NCBI GenBank assembly: GCA_964654155.1
Contig: CAZZGL010000004.1
Span: 1-52,670 of the forward strand
Direction: 5' to 3'
From: an uncultured Staphylococcaceae bacterium
Lineage (GTDB): Bacteria; Bacillota_I; Bacilli_A; RFN20; CAG-826
Length of the DNA stretch: 52,670 nucleotides
Shown: piece by piece, positions 48,784-52,670 of the stretch
How the letters are laid out: every line of letters begins with the position of its first letter
Position numbering within the stretch: position 1 is the stretch's first letter
Translations under genes and position numbers: made by a program
The notes under the pieces: generated by a model
What the model saw: only the letters and a program-made list of their open reading frames with translations
Told to the model about the DNA's origin: nothing
Databases searched by the model: none

Positions 48784-49863
48784 CTAATTACCTCTTCTTA
48801 GTAAATCAATAATTTTACTATCAATATGATTAAGCATATATAATAATGATTTTTTTGCTGCCATATAATCATCAACATCTAAAATCGAGGAACATGTATG
48901 AATATTACGGGCTACTAAGCAATGAGTTAATGTTGGAATTCCATCATAGTTTTTATGAATTTGACCAGCATCTGTGCCACCTGGAGAAATATAGTATTGA
49001 TACTTTACTTTAGCCTTTTCACAAGATTCCCTTTGAAAGGCAATGAGTTCAGGAAAAGCAATCATCGAACCATCAATAACTCTTAACAATACTCCTTCAC
49101 CTAATTGTCCTAATTCACTTTTATTACCAGAAGAATCTCTTGAAGGCGAACAATCCAAAACTATCGCTAAATCTGGTTTAATTTTATATGATGAAGTTAA
49201 TGCCCCTCGGCAACCAACTTCTTCTTGAACACTTCCACCAACATATAAGTCAAAAGGTAATTCTACATCTTTTAATGCTTCTAATATTTCAATACCTAAA
49301 ACAATACCATAACGATCATCAAAAGCTTTGCTTAATAATCTTTTTCCATCATTTAAAACTTCAAAATTGCCTTCAACTACGATCATTGCTCCTAAATATA
49401 TACCCGCTTCAAGTGCTTCATCTTTAGAAGTCATTCCAAAATCAAAAAGCATATCTTTAATTTTGGTTTTTTCTAATGAACCTTTTTTTAATAAATGAGG
49501 TGGAATTGAACCAATGCAACCTTTTAAATAACCTTTTTTGCCTTTTAAAATTACTCTTGAAGATAATAAAGTTTCATCGTTAATCCCACCAACAGAACTA
49601 ACTTTAACCATTCCATTATCAAGAATTGATGTAACAATAAACCCAACTTCATCCATATGTCCAACTACCATGACTTTTTTAGCATTTTCGACTTTTGATG
49701 GCTTATAGGCAAAAATAGAACCTAAATTATCAATTATAATTTCATAACCTAACGACAAATAGGTTTTCTTTAAATAACATGCAACCTCATTTTCTTGACC
49801 TGAAATTGCATTTAATTCAGTTAGAGTTTTAAATAGTTTTAATTGATGCTTACTTAATTTCAT
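48784..49863 (-). CDS. M42 family (glutamyl) aminopeptidase
   Basis: GHMDEVGF, KAFDDRYG, VQEEVGCRGA and GGTDAG motifs. Confidence 0.93.
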   Translation of the reverse strand: MKLSKHQLKLFKTLTELNAISGQENEVACYLKKTYLSLGYEIIIDNLGSIFAYKPSKVENAKKVMVVGHMDEVGFIVTSILDNGMVKVSSVGGINDETLLSSRVILKGKKGYLKGCIGSIPPHLLKKGSLEKTKIKDMLFDFGMTSKDEALEAGIYLGAMIVVEGNFEVLNDGKRLLSKAFDDRYGIVLGIEILEALKDVELPFDLYVGGSVQEEVGCRGALTSSYKIKPDLAIVLDCSPSRDSSGNKSELGQLGEGVLLRVIDGSMIAFPELIAFQRESCEKAKVKYQYYISPGGTDAGQIHKNYDGIPTLTHCLVARNIHTCSSILDVDDYMAAKKSLLYMLNHIDSKIIDLLRRGN

Positions 49864-49938
49864 AAAATTTCTCCTAGATTATTTTTATATTAAATCAAAT
49901 TTTGATTTTTTTCCATTGTTAGAGTAACTATTAATAAA

Positions 49939-50679
49939 TCACTTGCTTTTTCTTTTTAATTTATTAGTGATTTTTAATGATATTTTTTCTAAAAAAATAT
50001 TAATTTTATCTGAATTTTTAAACACAAAGATAAAAGCTACCACGGAAACAATTGCAATAACAATAATTAAAATTAAACCAATTCCCTCAAAGGGAATAAT
50101 AATGCCCGACATAAATAATAAAGTTCCTAAAATCGATACTGGTCTAGTGATAATTTGCATAATTGTAAAAATCCATTTATTAATATTTGTAACACCCGCA
50201 ATAGCGCACAATGTATCATCAGGAAATGCTGGAAGAATAAACATAAAGAATAATAAAACTGTTTCTTTTCCTTTTAATTTACTTAAATAATAATCCGTTT
50301 CTTCTTTTGACCCTGTAACCCAATCAACAAATTTTCGACCAATTATCCTTCCTAAAAAGAAAGCAAATATTGATCCGATAAATAATCCAATAAATGATAA
50401 TAAAAAGCTTTCCCAAAACCCATATAAATATAAACCAGAAAGAATTGTCACCGCACTTGGTATCGGAATAAAAGTTACTTGTAAAAAAGTTATCGCAACA
50501 AATACAATCTTTCCATATATGCCAGCTTTTTGAATTAGTGCTTGCAATTGCTCTTGATTCATATTTGCGTATCCGAAATGTTTAAGTATTAAATATATGA
50601 TTAAAAAGAATAAAAATAACGCTAGTAAACCAATTAATATCTTTAAAATCATCTTTTTAACATTAATCTTTTTATTCAT
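49939..50679 (-). CDS. TVP38/TMEM64 (VTT/DedA superfamily) membrane protein
   Basis: LQVTFIPIPS and LPAFPDDTLCAIAG motifs; multiple TM helices. Confidence 0.88.
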   Translation of the reverse strand: MNKKINVKKMILKILIGLLALFLFFLIIYLILKHFGYANMNQEQLQALIQKAGIYGKIVFVAITFLQVTFIPIPSAVTILSGLYLYGFWESFLLSFIGLFIGSIFAFFLGRIIGRKFVDWVTGSKEETDYYLSKLKGKETVLLFFMFILPAFPDDTLCAIAGVTNINKWIFTIMQIITRPVSILGTLLFMSGIIIPFEGIGLILIIVIAIVSVVAFIFVFKNSDKINIFLEKISLKITNKLKRKSK

Positions 50680-50687
50680 ATTATCCT

Positions 50688-51305
50688 CTACTTAGCTATT
50701 AAACGATAAATAGGTTGTCCTAAATCTCTAAACTTTCGTTCATATTCAGTCATAACATCAGTTTCTTCATCAAAAACATAGTTTCTGTCGCAATAAACTA
50801 TTTGCCATTTATTATTTTCAAATTCAATTAAAGAACAATCAAATAATATTTCATTATCAGTTTTTTGAATCAATAATCCTTCTTCTTTTAAAATACGACG
50901 ATATTCAGACAAAAACATCGAACTCGTCAATCTTCGTTTATGATGTCTTTTTTTCGGCCATGGATCAGAAAAATTTAAATATATATTATCAATAGATTGA
51001 GATAAAAAGAACTCACTAATCAAAATGAAGTTTTGTCTTATTAAAATTACATTAGTCAATCCACTCTCTACTATTTTTTTAGCGCATACCGCAAGTGCAT
51101 CAACATTCATTTCAATACCAATCCACTGAATAGAAGGATACTTTTTTGCCATTCCTAAGATAAAATCGCCTCTTCCTGTACCTATTTCTAAAGCAACTTT
51201 ATCTTTTAATATTGTCTTAGCATCTTTTTGACTTTTGATATCTTTAACAATTTCAGAGTGTTCTAATAAATAAGGTTCACTCCATGATTTATGCTTCATT
51301 CTCAT
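50688..51305 (-). CDS. trmB: tRNA (guanine-N7)-methyltransferase
   Basis: LEIGTGRG, LNFSDPWPKKRHHKRRLT, KTDN and TEYERKF motifs. Confidence 0.97.
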   Translation of the reverse strand: MRMKHKSWSEPYLLEHSEIVKDIKSQKDAKTILKDKVALEIGTGRGDFILGMAKKYPSIQWIGIEMNVDALAVCAKKIVESGLTNVILIRQNFILISEFFLSQSIDNIYLNFSDPWPKKRHHKRRLTSSMFLSEYRRILKEEGLLIQKTDNEILFDCSLIEFENNKWQIVYCDRNYVFDEETDVMTEYERKFRDLGQPIYRLIAK

Positions 51306-52657
51306 TTTTCTTTACCTAACACATATATTGCTTTAGCGTATATTGGCATACTTGTATAAAAATCTTTTAAACATATATGTTCATTTGCATCATGAATATT
51401 ATCATTACTTCCTGGAAATGCAGAACCAAAGGCAATTGTATTTCTACTTTCTTTAGCGTATGTTCCTCCACCAATAGTAATAATTGGCGTTTTGTAATCG
51501 CCAGTTTCTTCCTGATACACTTTTAATAAGCTTTGAATCCAAGAAGAATTTGGATCATAACATAGCGATTCTGTTGCTGTAATAACCTCTGTATTAAATG
51601 GTAATTTATTATTAATAGAAGCGATTACTTTTAAAGGTTCTACAATTTCTGGATATCTAAAATTAACGACCATATCAAACATACCATTGTTATAATTAAT
51701 TAATCCAACATTATAAGTAGTATCGTTTAATAAATTAGAATGATAAAACTCACCTAATGTTTTCCCACTTGGATCTTGATAAGCATCCACTATTTCATTA
51801 AATTCTTTAACATGGAATACTTTTCCTATTACATCTAGTAATTGCAATCCAGCATTTATTCCTTCTTGTGGTAATGAACCATGCGCAGCCTTACCGATAA
51901 TTGTTAATAAATGGCCTTCATTATGAGAATCAATCATATATTTATAATTTGTTGTTTCTAAATAATCTTTAACTCCTTCAATCGATGATAATAATGCTGT
52001 CGCTTTATCAATTACTGAATTAGCGACTACCCCTGCATTAAGAGAAATTAATTGAGGAATATTTATAAATCCAGATGTACAGTAATTAGCAATACCTTTT
52101 TCACCATAAATAAGTGGAAACTCACCATCTGGAGTAAAGCCATAATCAGGATAAGGCTTATTCAATGTTTTAAAATAATATTCTAAACACGCTGATCCTT
52201 TTTCTTCATTTCCTCCAATAACTAAACGTACTTGATAATCATCATCAATTAAATTGTTTTCTTTTAACGCTAATAAAGCATAAAAAGCCGCCATTGCAGG
52301 ACCTTTATCATCTGAGGTTCCTCTTCCATATAAAACATCACCTTCTATAGTTGCAGAAAACGGTGAATACTTCCAATTACCTGAAACAGGAACAACATCA
52401 GCATGAGCATAAACACCAATAAGTTTTTTACCATGACCATATTTAATTTCTGTACAGTATCCATCACAGCGATCTACTTCAAATCCTTTTTCTTCAGCAA
52501 GACACGCAATAAATTCTAAAGCTTCATGAACACCTTGACCAAAAGGTTTACCTTTAGATATTGTTTCTTCATCATGAATCGAATTAATCTTTATCCAAGA
52601 AATTAAATTTTCTAATGCCTCTTCTTTATAAACTGATAATATTTTTTTAAAATCCAT
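51302..52657 (-). CDS. M20 family dipeptidase (PepV/Sapep-like)
   Basis: HADVVP, GRGTSDDKGP, NEE, PDGEFPLIYGEKG and GGGTYA motifs. Confidence 0.92.
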   Translation of the reverse strand: MDFKKILSVYKEEALENLISWIKINSIHDEETISKGKPFGQGVHEALEFIACLAEEKGFEVDRCDGYCTEIKYGHGKKLIGVYAHADVVPVSGNWKYSPFSATIEGDVLYGRGTSDDKGPAMAAFYALLALKENNLIDDDYQVRLVIGGNEEKGSACLEYYFKTLNKPYPDYGFTPDGEFPLIYGEKGIANYCTSGFINIPQLISLNAGVVANSVIDKATALLSSIEGVKDYLETTNYKYMIDSHNEGHLLTIIGKAAHGSLPQEGINAGLQLLDVIGKVFHVKEFNEIVDAYQDPSGKTLGEFYHSNLLNDTTYNVGLINYNNGMFDMVVNFRYPEIVEPLKVIASINNKLPFNTEVITATESLCYDPNSSWIQSLLKVYQEETGDYKTPIITIGGGTYAKESRNTIAFGSAFPGSNDNIHDANEHICLKDFYTSMPIYAKAIYVLGKEK

Positions 52658-52670
52658 AAATAATCCTCCT

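Noticed and set aside
2984-50290. Short alternative-frame or antisense ORFs in the track (e.g. 2984-3172, 5028-5276, 6773-7126, 7617-7826, 8422-8640, 17482-17706, 32465-32695, 34827-35099, 39502-39693, 49943-50290)
   Set aside because: All overlap well-supported genes and show no recognisable motifs; they are shadow ORFs

Overview
Very AT-rich chromosomal segment from a Bacillota (class Bacilli) bacterium using the standard code (TGA is a stop). Gene style suggests an uncultured Mollicutes-related or Erysipelotrichales-like gut lineage, which is inference only. Almost all genes lie on the minus strand. The left half (0.4-23.5 kb) is a Gram-positive polysaccharide utilisation locus for a rhamnose-containing glycan. 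It holds rhaBAD, an insertion-bearing MsmX/MalK ATPase, an RDD protein, an AraC regulator, an oligosaccharide ABC transporter, two tandem GH110-like beta-helix lipoproteins, an 891-aa repeat-module lipoprotein, and cytoplasmic GH127-like and GH78 enzymes. The right half is core genome with Bacillus-like synteny: hemW, lepA, fmt, yqxA-like, gpr, rpsT, holA, comEC, comEA, greA, yrzB-like, ruvX, alaS with a T-box, trmB and pepV-like. It keeps sporulation hallmarks but lacks spoIIP and ireB/reoM at their usual positions. Items not visible in the ORF track: decayed RHS-core and HipA pseudogenes, a partial AlbA_2/Schlafen gene, a candidate ~75-nt anti-Shine-Dalgarno sRNA, cre sites and Spo0A-like boxes. 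Also present are a Fic protein with a destroyed catalytic motif and an inserted XRE-ImmA/IrrE plus PIN cassette. No rRNA, tRNA, CRISPR array or intact transposase was seen. All calls are by motif recognition without database searches.
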